Below are positions 1-12,600 of a stretch of DNA of 64,000 nt, piece after piece. This DNA comes from Lama glama (lineage: Eukaryota). The stretch covers positions 70,434,001 through 70,498,000 of the forward strand of contig CM052816.1 of the NCBI GenBank assembly GCA_028534125.1. Direction: 5' to 3'. Under the pieces are notes generated by a model that saw nothing but the letters and a program-made list of their open reading frames with translations, made no database searches and had not been told where the DNA came from. The translations under genes were made by a program, and so were the position numbers. The stretch's first letter is position 1, and every line of letters begins with the position of its first letter.

Positions 1-471
1 TTCTTGCCTCCTTTGTTGTAGATTAATTGACCATAAGTGTGTGGGTTTATTTCTGGGCTCTCTATTCTGTTGCATTGATCTATATGTCTCTTTTTGTGCC
101 AGTACCATGCTGTTTTGATTACTGTAGCTTTGTAGTATAGTCTGAAGCCACGGAGCATGATACATCTAGCTTTGTTCTTTTTTTCTTAAGATTGCCTTGA
201 CAATTTGGGGTCTTTTTTTCGTTCAAATAAATTTTATGGTTATTTGTTTTAATTCTGTGAAAAATGGCATGGGTATTTTGATAGGAATTGCATTAAATCT
301 GTAAATTGTTTTGGGTAGTATGGCCATTTTAACAATATTAATTCTTCCAATCCAAGAGTATGGGATATCTTTCCATTCCTTTGGATCACTTTCAAATTCT
401 TTCATCAATGTTTTATAGTTTTCAGAGTGTAGGTCTTTCACCTCCTTGGTTAAGTTCATTCCTAGATATTT
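1..471 (-). mobile_element. LINE-1 ORF2 fragment, 5'-truncated, continues past window start; intron 19
   Basis: ORF 223..459 ([20 protein letters not shown]...[22 protein letters not shown]) is typical L1 ORF2 sequence just after the RT domain. Confidence 0.93.
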
Positions 472-603
472 TGAAATTTAGATTTTAAAGGTCTTTAGTA
501 GTTATGGATGTTTCTTTTGTAGGAAAAAAAAATCTCCATAAACATTTATTTGAATAAAGTAACCTAACATGTCTTTTACACTGAACGTTAAAGTAAAACT
601 TAC

Positions 604-686
604 TGAGCAGCTGGCAGCTGTTGAACATCTAGAACTAGATCAGAGATACAAACTCCGTCATCTCCACAGTCTTTATAGAAAGGAAT
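604..686 (-). CDS. ITGA2: ITGA2 exon 19 (83 bp): [27 protein letters not shown](Q), genu region
   Basis: tttgtag| acceptor, |gtaagt donor; genu CxxDxxC motif. Confidence 0.97.
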
Positions 687-3600
687 CTACAAAAAGGAAA
701 AGCAATCCCAAAGCGTGCTCTTGAGTTAAAAAAGCAAATTATGGAAGAACATATGCAGTATTATTCCATTTACATCAAGTTCAAAACCATGTAAAAATAA
801 GCAGTGTTTTAGGAATACATGTTTAGCAACATCAGAAAGAAAAGCACCAATAAATGCAAAATTCAAGATGATGATTTGCCTGGTGGCACAAGATAAAAGT
901 GGGTATGATGGGGTGGGGAGCGATAGAGAATTTCATAGGTATTGGTACCATTTTATTGTTTTTAAGGGGGTGGTGAGCACAAGATGTTTGCTTCATTGTT
1001 GCTTATTTCTTCAAAAAATATTTACTGAGCACCTGTGGTGGGCCAAGCACTGCTCAAGGTGCTGGGAATAGAGTAGAGAACAAGGAAGGCAGGAATCTCT
1101 GCCTTCATGGAACTTACATGCTGGTGAACTTGACATACAAGTAACTGTATTTCACTTCGAAAATTAACAGTGTAAAGGCTATGTCCTGAGTATCTTTCAA
1201 ACGCGACTGCAGTGACTGTGAAACTGTTAGCCAGTCTGAATTCCAGGAAGGGCAAACCACACTTACACTGAAGGCTTTGGCTGTCTCAGAGTAGGCTTCG
1301 AGGGCAGGGCTGGTGCCAGGGTTTTCCAGACTGATGTTCACACACAGATGCAAAGAGCTGACAACATCAGAGGGCTTCTAAATACACACAGGCACAGAGT
1401 CAGGTTATGAGGGCAAGAAAAATGAGCACACACATGTTCACAATTAAAGAAAACAGTCCATTCTCAATTATGCAGAATAGCCCTGTTTTGAGTTTTTAAG
1501 ACTCTTGCTTCTTCTCTTCTGTCCTAATTCTACTCTTAGCCCTTCTGCTGCTAAGAGATTTAAAAACTTGAGTTCGGTAAAAATCGGAAGCAGCAACTCT
1601 TAGTTAAGCTCATCAGTAATCTCATTCTTGATACACGACTATCTAATAAATATTTAGATGAGATGTCCAGTTTTAAATGCTCAAAAGATCCCTATGTCAG
1701 TACCCAGCTCTTGGGTTGTTGGCTATGTTACTCTAATTCCTATTGCCAAGACCTAAGGAGTCCTTAGATGTCCTGACCAAATCTCTGCAAGAGAATATTA
1801 TGACCTAGAATAGGAAGTGCCCAGGGCTGGCTGTCAGGAATGGAAAGGGGACTCTCTTACTTAGTCAGAACCTAACTCTACACTACAAAACACCCCTGAA
1901 ACCAAGCTCTTCAGCCTCTGGCCTAGCTGACTGTCAGAAGCTGCACTGCACATTGCACATAGAAGATGGTGCACAGATCACTCAGCAGTCATTAAAACCA
2001 ACGCCATCCAGCTCAAGTACAACATCGCCTCTGTCTTTAGTAGAGAGGGTGGAGGACTTGCAGTGTTCCAGGAGTCGTGGCCCACTTCTCGTTTTTGAGA
2101 TTTCCTGTCTATTGAAAATTATACAAATGCCAAATCAGGGTTGCAAATGTCATCTAGCATTCTTCTTCAAGAAAGAATGATATCTGTACAAATGGTAAAC
2201 CCTAAAAGTGGAATTTGCCTTTTCCTAGAAGTGTATCTTTCTGATCACCAGGATGGCTTCCTGACTACAAAGAAATGTGTCCTTGGCTGGCTGCAGGGTT
2301 GGAACATAGGATGGACTTTGGTATTGGTATCAAACATGGTGTGTTAACTGGAACACTACCTCTTAGCTGACCATAATAGCACACACCTTGTGAAAACTTT
2401 GCAAGTACACATGAGAAAGAGCAGGACGGACAAACGGATGGACGGATGGACGGACACACAGAGCGCCTGGCTGCATGCATTCCCCTACAATGGATTGCAT
2501 GTTTAATTTGATCAACCACTTAGCACAAGGTTAGGAGAGAATGGAATCTGGCTTTTATTCCTTTAAAGAATTTATATAATTGGCACATTAACAGCAAAAA
2601 AAGTCCAGGCCTTCAAACAAGAAACCTTCAGCTTGAACAATAAATTAAATAACTCAACTGATTTTTCATCTCACTATTAACTTTGTTTTTCCAACTCTTG
2701 CGCTAAGCATTTCTTGAGATGTGATTTCTGTACATCCATCTACATCAGAAGTATTGGGGTCCTGCACATTCCTTGAACCTTCAAACCCAAACCTTTCTGG
2801 TGGTGGGGACTTAGAATATCTATTTTATAAAAGTTTCCTTGGCAATTCCTATGCATCTTAAACTCTGAGAACCACATTCTAGGAAAGTTCTTTAACAGCT
2901 CTTTAAAAATGGTTTTCTGAGTGAATTACACTTTCAGATACCATTACATGGTTTCTAGGGGGAAATATTCATATAATTTAGAAAATAAATTTTCTTTTAG
3001 AAGTTTTGTCCTGAAAAGCATTTTTCCTACTCGAGAGATTTTGAAAATCCTCGTGAACTGTAGTAATTAACGGCATAAGATTAGAGCAAATAATGTTTAC
3101 CTCATAATCTACCATTCTTCACCTACATCAATTTAAATCCAGTAATGGAAATGACAACTAGAATTGTCTTTTTCAGTAGCTTAAAAACGAATAAAGTTTC
3201 TCCTGATGGGAAAATGTCAGAGTAAAATTTACTGTCAACTAAAAGTTCTTCCTGTTAAACATCTTAAAAAGTGCTGTGTTTGATTGCTTTAGGAATCTTA
3301 TTTTTAGCCTTTTTACTGGCAATCCCAAATAAAATTTAATGCAACTAATCTACATAATAATAGAATGTACTCATACGTATTAGCATAAAGGAAATACACT
3401 TCCCGTTCATAGACAAGAAAAGCATTAATTAGAAGGACAAGCGTTTTCTAACTCATAAGCTTCCATTTTAGGGTTTCAGCCTTCATTAGTCTTTAAGAAG
3501 AAAAGGGATGAAAAGGGACGACTCAGGCCTACCTGTATGTGGATGATGTACTCAGAGCAAGTCTGTGCTTGATTTACGACCATGGTCTTCTGCAAATACC

Positions 3601-6600
3601 TTTCATTATTTTCTTTAAATAACCCCCTGGAGGTGACTCTGGATGAATACTGGTCTGCATCAAGTGTGATGTTATATACAATGGCTATAATGAAAAAAAA
3701 AAAATACAAAGAAATGTTATGACAAACTTTTCAGGAAAAAGCATTCCTGTTTTATTGTGTCTTGTTGGGGGAAGTCTCTGCCTTCAAGAAGACAAGAAAA
3801 AGTCTTCCCAGGGATGGAGTGGGAACCATGGAGAGCCTGTGACATTTGTAATTCTAGCTCTGGTGTGATGTATGTGACAGCATACAAAGAAATGTGATTC
3901 AAAGAAACGTAGCTTGATGCAGTGGAAAGAAAAGTAGACTTGTTGCCGGGAAATCTACTGAATGAAGCTGGTCTGATTACTTCCTCAAATATCAGTTTCA
4001 TTGTCCATAACATGGTGATGTGGAAAGGCACTGAGGGCCTACAATTGAACACCTTCTTATATGTTATCTTATACAAGTTTTACAGTAAACCTGGAATGCG
4101 GATATTATTATCCTATTTTTCAGATAATGAATGGAATAACAGAGGTAAAAAAAGTCCCCTCAGTAAGCACAGCTAGGGCACAGTCAGGAATACAATTTGG
4201 GTAGTTTTGAAATCAGACTCCATGTTCCTGCTGTTTCTCTGCAGTTTTGAGGATTAACTGTCATTTGAGGATTCATTTAGAGACTCTAAGGGAACATGTT
4301 TGGTGCCTGGCAGATTCCAGATGCTTACCTGGGGAAAGGCATGTAACTTTGCAGTAACAAGTTTTGAATCAGACAGACTTGGTTTGAATCCGAATTCCAC
4401 CATTTAAGAGCTTTAGGCAATTTGCTTAACTTTTTTGAACCTCTATTTCCCCCTTTATAAAACAGAGATAATGATACTAACCTAGGGAAATGGAAATGAG
4501 AAACAAATGTGATAAAAACTGATGTCAGTGGCCAATGTACAAACTGTCAGAACCTTCAGTAAAGTCTGCTGGCTACGTGTCCACATTGAGAAAGAAGATA
4601 TGATACTGTTAACGAGTATCGACTGCCTTGTTTGGGATTACTCTGTCTTCTTTTATTACTTTCCATATTTTAAAGGTTGATCCTACTTCCAAAAACATTC
4701 TTACCTTTAAAATATCTATTAGAAATGATAGATAATTTTTCTTGCTCTAGTGACTTACTGAGGTTAACAAAGAAAATATTAGAGAATCAATAACAAAATA
4801 AGTGGAGAAATAATGCACAGGGTAAGTCACGGCAGGGAAGTGATTACACCTAGGACAAAGTACACATGGTAATACTCTTCCATGTTTTTCAAGCACCTTG
4901 AAAAAAATGACACAGTCACATAGGCAATATAATCATTGTTTATGTTATTAACTTTAAACTGTAGTGCGCACCTGATGCAATAAACAATGGAGACCATGTA
5001 CTTTATAAAGCCACTTTTCATAAAAGGGAAGATAGGGGCCATGTCTTGCATACCATCACTGCCAGGCATCTCTAAATGGTGAACAATCATGCTTGAGTGG
5101 AGCCAAGGCATCAAGACAAAGGATCCAAAGGGAAAGATGATGCTCAACAGCAAGAGACCTTAGACAGCGAGCGGAAGGGAATGACATCCTCTGACAACAG
5201 AAGGCCTTCAAGTGGGAGGCAACAGAAGTGAAGTACAGTCAAAAATTGAAAGGAAGATACATGAGACACATTCATGCTTCAGGGCTAGGGGAGGTGACTG
5301 GATAGCCAACTCAGAGATTTTTCATGTTTAATGTTTTTTCCTCTGGCTTTATTGAGATACCACTGACATGTAACACTGTGTATGCTTAAGGTACACAACA
5401 TAGTGATTTTCTATACTGCAAAGTAATCACTGCAATAAGGCGAGTTAACACACCCATCACTTCACAAAGTGATTTTTTTTTTTTTGGTGGCAAGAATGTT
5501 CACAATCTACTCTTAACAGTGTTCAAATGTAGAATACAGTATTGTTACTGAGGATCACCAAGCTGTCTGTTCCATGTAGCCACTTCATGTTATTATAGTA
5601 ATGGTTTTTGACCCAACTATTATGACTACAGATGGCTGTGCTACCAGGAGGTCTGTGACATGTGCTGCAAAGAGTTGAGTCAATGTTTGAACACCTGGAA
5701 GGAAAAATGTCAGATGAATGAAAAGTAGGAAACATGGTAAGCATGCTGAGATGCGAATCTAACTTTGTGTCCTTAACCTTTTTATTTCTTTGTATGAATC
5801 ATGACAAATAAACTAACTGAGAGGGTAAAAACATAGAGGCAGGTTATTTGTTCTCCACCTAATGAAACAGCTATAGGAATACAGGTTTCTAAAATTTAGA
5901 GTCAAAATCTGATGGAGGGAGGTTTGGGCCCATGAAACAGTAGTAAATGAAAGAAGGTAGTGTTAGATCAAGTGCTAATTCAATTGCTACATATTGAGGG
6001 TACTGAGACAGTTGGGGCAGGTGAGATGGAGGTGAGGTGGGTGGTTAGATAAGACCTCAGAGAAGATGCAGGACCTCAACCAGGTCCTGAAAGATGACTG
6101 GACCCGTCCAGAGAGAGGATGACAGTTCCTACTGACATCTGCTTACAGTCTTCCTTACCCCCTCCTGCTGATAGGACGTATTCCAGACTTTTACTCACTT
6201 CCCTAGGTTATTTAGAAAATTTAAAACACTGGTCACATTATATATTGTTATGACTGAACTATTATGCTGTACACCAGAAATTGACACAACATTGTAAACT
6301 GACTATATTTCAATAAAAACATTTTTAAATACATCTAGTTTTATATCTCCTCTCATTTCATGCTTATTAAGTTTTCAAGAATAAGAACATTTGATACTTG
6401 TACCGAACACACTCTGTCTAGATCATGGCACAGCCAACATACAGTGTAGTCACTGAAGATGAGCTATAGTTCAGTGTCATTTGCATGTGCCTGAGGTTTT
6501 AAGTTAGGAAGCTGTGGATAACAGAAATTTGAAGGACGGATTGGGAGAGTCCATGATTATATCATTGAAATTATAACTTTCTGCAGCAGAATGTTACCTT

Positions 6601-9600
6601 CTAAAGATGATGAAGGAAGAGCTAAACAAACCTTCCATGCCTAATTAACCATTCTCAGGCACTTCAGATATGTGGCAATTCAAATGTCTGCAAGATCTTT
6701 ATTTCTTTTGGTCTCCAAATCCAAAGTGTAGGTTATATTCAGGACTAAAACTTTATAAGCAAACCTATATCTTGTACAGACTATTTCAGGTCTACTCACC
6801 CACTTGGCTGTTTTGTTTAGTGGGTCTAAACTTTGCACTGAAGCAGAGTTTGAGGTTTATCTCAGCATTCTTGTTGAGCAAAGTGATTTTTTCAGGTGTG
6901 AATGAAGCATCTACAGATACATCAGCAATACTCTGTGACCTGAAAAACATAAATGTTTTTTTAAAAATTATTCTTAGGAAGTTATCCAGAAAAAGCAGTC
7001 TTAGAACCTTATAGGAATGTGACCACAAAATGGCATTAACCTAACATGACTGATCCCCTCAATAAATTGATTTGACTCCATGTCTTGACTTTTTAGAAGA
7101 ATCACATCCACCTTCAAAGAAAAAAATTTGGCCACCATGGACTATCATAAAAGGGAATGTTGTAACATAGAAGGCTGTAGCCTACCAAGCATGAAGCCTG
7201 CCAAGATGGCTACAGGGTGATGTTCACTGAAAGGTGTGATTTCTTACAGAATTGTTTAGAAATCAGCCATATAATTATGTAATCACACCTTCTATTTTTC
7301 TAATGCTACTCCCAGCTGATTTTAACCGATTTTATTCAGTAAATATATTTTCTTAAATATTATCCTTGAGTTTTTTTTTTCCATATGAAGTTTTCATTAA
7401 AATGATGCACTAAAAACCAATGCATTTCATCCTTTGAAAGAACAAGGGGATGTTGTAAATAGCTTTGTTAAACTCAGAAACAACACAGCATTAGTACGTA
7501 ACTTTTTCTGTTCTTGATATATCTGGGTATCTAAAGCACATTTTTCAACAGACATGAATGGATAACTGAACTGTATTTTCCTGGGGACTCTCGCTTGAAC
7601 TCTCAGTTTCTTTCTGATTCTATTCCCTCACCAGCCCAATACATTTATTTTTGTCCTTGACACACATTGAATCCTTTATTATTCCCCCTGCTCTTAAACC
7701 CCTTCTGAGGTCAATGAGAGGTCAGCTAACCCTAAATAATGGCTCTTGTTTATGACTAATAATTTGAAAAGATACCTTTTGACCACATGAAAAGTTGCTC
7801 TTTACTTGTGTGGTCTGAGTGTTCAATATTTTTAGAGCATTCTCATGCGGATTCTTTTCTGAGAGCTGAGGTAAAGCTGTTCAGAAGATAATATACAGAA
7901 ATATCCTGAAAACCATTTCAAGGGCTTTGTCTTTTCAATGCACTTTTTCTGCTCACCATATGAAGAAGAGAAACTTGATTCTAATGTTAAGCAGATATTT
8001 TTCCCTCCCATCAGGAAAAACATATTCCTTCCTCTATGCAAACTATGACACGTAAATGTCCTAGAGTCTTATATAACATGTGACATTTCAACAAGCCCAG
8101 CACAGCAATGTGTTCTACTTAGCAGGGCAGTTTTTCTTTAGCTCGTGTCTGGCTCTCCCTGACTCACCAGAGCTGAACGACCTGTCCAAAGGCACCAATG
8201 GACACATCGGTGATGGAATCCCCATTTAAATCTCCATAGCCATCCAGGGATCTCCCGAAGTACTGGAGATGGCTCCTAAAGGCTCCATCAGATCCCAAGA
8301 TTTTCTAAAAGAGCAAGTGTGAGATGAAATTGTAGTGCACAATGACTGAAAGAGAAAATAAAAAAAGGCACCAACCTCTCCGCCCTGTAGACAGCCATTT
8401 CCCACATGGTTTTATTCTCGACAGAATTCCACTGACTTTTTTCCAGTCATATCTGACCGGATCTGACTATCATTCTTGCAGCCACATTTTCATCCAAGAA
8501 ACAGCATGAATCTCCCATAAAACAATAAAGCAGCACCAGGCAGTGGAAGATCAGTGGACTGGTGGGGAGCGGGGGCAAGTTTGGGTCCAGATTCCTCTCC
8601 ATGCTGACTTCCTTCCAGTCTTTACTCAAAAGCTGCCTTCTCAATGAGGCCTTCTTGGGCACCCTCTCAAATACCTGACAACTCCTAGCTCTGAAAAATT
8701 ATTCCCTATTTCAGTATTTTTTAAAATTCCTTATCATTTACTGCTACCTATAATACTTTATCTTATTTATATTATTTTCCCTTAGTCTCTTTCATGAGAA
8801 GGTAAGATCCATGAAGAGCACAATTCTGTCCTGTTCTTGACAGCATCCCCAGAGTCTTGACACCCAGTAGGGGCTCATTCAATAGCTGTTGAAATGAGTG
8901 AGTGATGTTATAAGATAAGAGGGGTGGCCTGGGAGGTCTGCCCGATACTCTCCACCTCCAACATGACGATACTGCCACGTAAAGACATCACCATGAACCT
9001 ACGGATTACCTGGGAATACCTCGTGCGAATGGTGCCCTTACGACCATTGTAGATGTACACTGCTCCGGCGTTCTGATTTTCCAGAGGTGAGCCAACGATC
9101 ACGTCATTAAAGCCATCCATGTTGATGTCAGAAAGAGCCGCAATCGCTGAACCAAACCGAGCATTTTCAACACCCTCGGGGCCGTCTAGAAATAGGTGCG
9201 AATTCAAAACGCCCTTGCAAAGGGGGTAGAAGGGACGGTTAAAAGGGGGGAGGATATAGCTCAAGTGGTAGGGTGCTTGCTTAGCATCCACAAGGTCCTG
9301 GGTTCAATTCCCAGTACCTCCTTTAAACAAACAAATAAATAAATAAGTAAACCTAATTACCTCCCCTCCCCTCAAGAAAGGGACGGTTAAAGCAAACCAT
9401 GCAACTTTCATAATTCAAATTCATGGCAAATGATGTTCAGACCAGTCTGCAAACTGTTAAAAATAGATAGGATTTTAAACCTAGAATTCAAAATTCTCTA
9501 TGGTGAGAATTACATTAAAAAATTTTTTTTGCAAATAAAGTCACAGGCTATCTGCTCATAAACCAAGGTAGAAAGAGGCAATTCTCTTCACTGTGGCTGC

Positions 9601-12600
9601 ACAACCTACATAAAAGTATCTATTTCTTTGTCTTGCTTTCCTCAATATTAGGGTCTTCACCTGTTTCCAAATTTTTTAATTTAAAAAGTTTCTGGTAAAA
9701 ATCTAATCTCTTATATGAAATTAAGGTGGAGATAAAATTAAATACAGTATCTTAATTTAGTCCTTTACTTAAAAACCATTGAATGGTAGTATTTATAACA
9801 GTATAGGAAGTGAAAAATGAGATTATTAATATCCTATTATAAAAAACACTAAATAAATCTGCCAAGGAAAAGACCTTTTCTTGTGAAAGATACAGTTTTT
9901 TTTTCTTTCAGATTTTGAAATCAAGAATGGAAATATTTCATGACTTCACAAGAAAGCAATGCTCCTCAACCATGAAACTTGGTCAGTGTGGTTTCCTTCT
10001 CCTCTGTAACAGTCTTACTGAAATCAATCTGTTACTGAGTCAGGTGAAATATTGGAAGATCTCACCTTCAACAATTAATGATAAATCAGTTTCTGACAAG
10101 AAACTGGAGATTTCTTAAATTTTCAAACTAGTAGATATGTACTTCTCTTATTACTCAATTACACATTCTTTATAAGCTTTAAAATTGTTTTAATTGCTTC
10201 TGTTCGAGAGCTAATTTTTACATTAATTTAAATAAATAAGGTAGATAAAACATCATAGTAGCTAAATATAATATTTACCATATGAATATCAGCTTCTCTT
10301 TTTCCATCCTTTTCAGTCATCTCATTTTCTCTGTCAACCTGTGCCTTTAATTTTGGTTTTCAGGTTTCACTGCATTCACTACCCTTATGTGTGTGGATTT
10401 AGAGTTCAGTCTACAAGTTGGAAAAACTGCTTTTCCATGTTAGAGTATGCTATGTTTTATGTATAAGAACAGGGATTTCCAAGAGTTGGATGTATACCTA
10501 CATGTTACACTAAGCAATGGAATTTCCTGACAAACTAATGTAGAAAGCATTCAGGATTATATGGAGATTTTCAGAGTGCCTGGTAACCTGTCCTTAACAC
10601 TGTAAAATGTTAACAAGATAGTTTTGCCCTTTTATCTCTTTATAGCAAAGAAGAGTAACTGAATGAGATGCTTGGGAAATACACAGATGTTTGTGTGTGT
10701 GCGTGTGTATGTATTTCAAAAAGTGACGTGCATTTATAACGACTTTATTTGTAAAGAGAACACATATTCAAGGACCTCTCACGGAAAACTGCCGTGCACT
10801 ATCCATTAAGCTCTTGGTTATGCTTTTCAATGTGATTTTTAAAACTATAACTTATTGGTGACATCTTCAAAATGATGAAATATAAACCATACAATATATG
10901 AAAATTATCATCCAATGATAATATGTTTTCTTTATTCCGCAAAAATGCAGATTAACTTTTATTTATCAATAGTAGAGAAAAATCAAACTAAGTCAGTTTA
11001 ATAATTTTTTTTTTTTTTTTTTACCTCTGTGATGGTATACAGGTAGACTCTTCCCTCCTCTTTCTTTAGGTCATTCATGAACATTGGCGCACCTACCAAG
11101 AGCACATCTGTAATGGTGTCTTTATCCACATCGACTGAACACAGCACACTACCAAAATAGGAGCCAATCTGGAGTAATAAAGCATATCAACCTTAGGATT
11201 CCTATACTCCTAATATGACACTGAACTTTCATTTACTCATTCAACAGACAAAAATTGAGCATTTGCTGCTGGTAAGAGGGTAGGAACATAAAGATAGATA
11301 ACATAGTCCTTTCTCTCTGGTTGTATTGCAATGTGACACTTGGCTCTTAGACCTTAGGGGGCAAAGAATCACTAAAAAAGCATCTTTAAAATACAGATTC
11401 CTGAGATCCATTTCCAGAGATCCTGCTGCAATGTCTAGGGGGCAATCAAGAAAACAGTATTTTAAGTAAGCGTTAAAGATCACATTTAGGAGAGAAATGC
11501 TTAGAAGGTTTGTGAGATGTTATAGACAAAGGCAGCAGGGGAAGAAGGAAGTGGAACAAATAATTGTGTTTCCTCAGTAAAATACAGATAGAGGCAAGTG
11601 CCAAATGCTGTATGATCAGAGTGCACAGGAGTCAGGAAGACTAGAAAGATTAAGTATTATTTGAATTACATCTTGAAAGACGGCAAGGAATTTTCTAGGT
11701 GGAGAGAAGGGGGGCAGCACAAGTGATGTCAGTGTCTACGGCATGACCTGGGACAGGAGAGTAGTTCCCGGACGGACTGGGCTGGGAGGACTAGCTGGAG
11801 GTAAAATAAAATTGAACGTTCACCATTCCACTCCACCAAGGCTCAGGGCACGCCTGTGTGAATCCCTCCCGAGGATTCGCACATGAGTAAGAAATGATTC
11901 CTTCCATTACGCTTTCATTGTTTTTCTCAAAAGCACCACTCTTTAAAATATTAAGAGAAAGGAAAAGTATGTGACCACAGCTGGTTTGTGGTCAAGGAAG
12001 TCAGAGACTGAGGCCTTCTTACTCCTGGAAAAGCCACAGAGACAGTGGATCAGACTTGATCCCAGAGAAGGGGAATCTGTGGGTAGTCGGTTTCTCTGAT
12101 TTAAGGAAGAAACATTTTTGTTGGTTGGTAGAGTTAAATGATGCTCATTTCAAATATGTGCCAAGCCCACGGGTCAAAATTACTCAGCAAGGAAACAAGA
12201 CCCCATCCGCTGATCTTTGCTCTAGTGGGCCATGACTGGGAGTTGTCACAGGCTCTGATAGCAAACTGTCACCCGTCAGAAGAAAGTGGCAGAGAACAGA
12301 GTCGCTTTACGTTTAGAAACGTCAGAGCCTCAGGACACCGTGGCTGGCCCGGGTGTGGGGGCTCAGTCTGCATGATGCCATCCTGCTCCCTACTTCTCAT
12401 TACTGCTCCTCCAGATCCTCGGCTCCTGGTCGGGGCTTACCTACAAGGCAGTGGTTAGGTGCCTGTCATTGTTGGGCTTTAAGGACAGCTCAACCCAAGA
12501 AAAGCCGTGACCTCTGAAAGGCAGTTAAACTCTCAGTACCCTGTCAAAAAGCGATGGCAGCTCTCAGTATTGTGAAGATTTAAGGAATATTCAGGTAGAC

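Noticed and set aside
6670..7014. 114-aa plus-strand ORF antisense to exon 16
   Set aside because: Shadow ORF opposite a real exon, with no independent support
9245..9320. tRNA-like sequences here, at 17142-17212 and at 48961-49030
   Set aside because: They are SINE heads with A-rich tails (and TSDs for two copies), not tRNA genes
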